From positions 83,851-145,681 of the forward strand of contig DFFP01000003.1 of NCBI GenBank assembly GCA_002372275.1: 61,831 nucleotides of DNA, in the 5' to 3' direction. Positions 61,559 through 61,831 of the stretch are shown in pieces; position 1 is the stretch's first letter; the number at the start of each line of letters is the position of its first letter. The position numbers and the translations under genes are program-made. The notes beneath the pieces are model-generated. The model did no database searches, was not told where the DNA came from, and saw nothing but the letters and a program-made list of their open reading frames with translations. This DNA is from Alphaproteobacteria bacterium UBA3773. Its GTDB lineage: Bacteria > Pseudomonadota > Alphaproteobacteria > RF32 > CAG-239.

Positions 61559-61650
61559 GGAAAGGTGGCAGAGTGGTCGAATGCGGTTGACTCGAAATCA
61601 ATTGTGCTCAGTGATGGGTACCTAGGGTTCGAATCCCTACCTTTCCGCCA
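61559..61650 (+). tRNA. tRNA-Ser(CGA)
   Basis: GGAAAGG...GTTGA-CTCGAAA-TCAAT, long variable arm, GGTTCGAATCC, CCTTTCCGCCA. Confidence 0.95.
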
Positions 61651-61653
61651 ATA

Positions 61654-61683
61654 AAAAAACACCCTTTACGGGTGCTTTTTTTT
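61654..61683 (+). terminator. Intrinsic terminator after tRNA-Ser
   Basis: CACCC-TTTAC-GGGTG followed by a T tract. Confidence 0.7.
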
Positions 61684-61806
61684 GGCGATAATATAGACTT
61701 ATTCAAACCCTAGAGAAAAGGGTTAGACGATAATTTTTTTACCAAAACAGAGAAAAAGGTTGACAATAAGGTTAAAATATGAAAAAACACTTTTCGAATG
61801 TTCTCT

Positions 61807-61831
61807 GCGCTCTTAGCTCAGCTGGATAGAG
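61807..61831 (+). tRNA. 5' end of a tRNA, probably tRNA-Arg (truncated by the window)
   Basis: GCGCTCTTAGCTCAGCTGGATAGAG has a typical Arg D-arm; the anticodon is not in the window. Confidence 0.75.

Overview
This is a chromosomal segment of an AT-rich alphaproteobacterium. The assignment is inferred from the alpha-type 6S RNA after zapA, the leuS-lptE-holA synteny and alpha-type ThiE-like and SPOR proteins; a gut-associated Rhodospirillales/RF32-like lineage is plausible but unproven. About 38 kb (2.6-40.1 kb) is a back-to-back pair of envelope machines. The leftward unit is a VirB-type T4SS: three VirB2-like pilins (one a 479-aa fusion), VirB3, VirB4, five unknown secreted coiled-coil proteins, two VirB8, a VirB7-like lipoprotein, a VirB9-SPOR fusion, a 1281-aa membrane-anchored Ig plus Gly-repeat protein, a ~1408-aa repeat-extended VirB10, and VirB11. 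The rightward unit is an R64/Tcp-like type IVb pilus operon. The window has no relaxase, coupling protein, VirB6, integrase or replication gene, which suggests a domesticated contact or attachment system rather than an ICE. The rest is housekeeping: rsfS, obgE, rpmA, rplU, recX, mlaC, pgk, gap, 6S RNA, zapA, greA, leuS, lptE, holA, an rsmB-family gene and tRNAs. Oddities there include a candidate ~245-nt pseudoknotted ncRNA, ZapA with articulin-like repeats, apparently xenologous gap and leuS, several REP/MITE-like hairpin families and tRNA-derived duplications. All calls come from reading sequence motifs; no searches were run.
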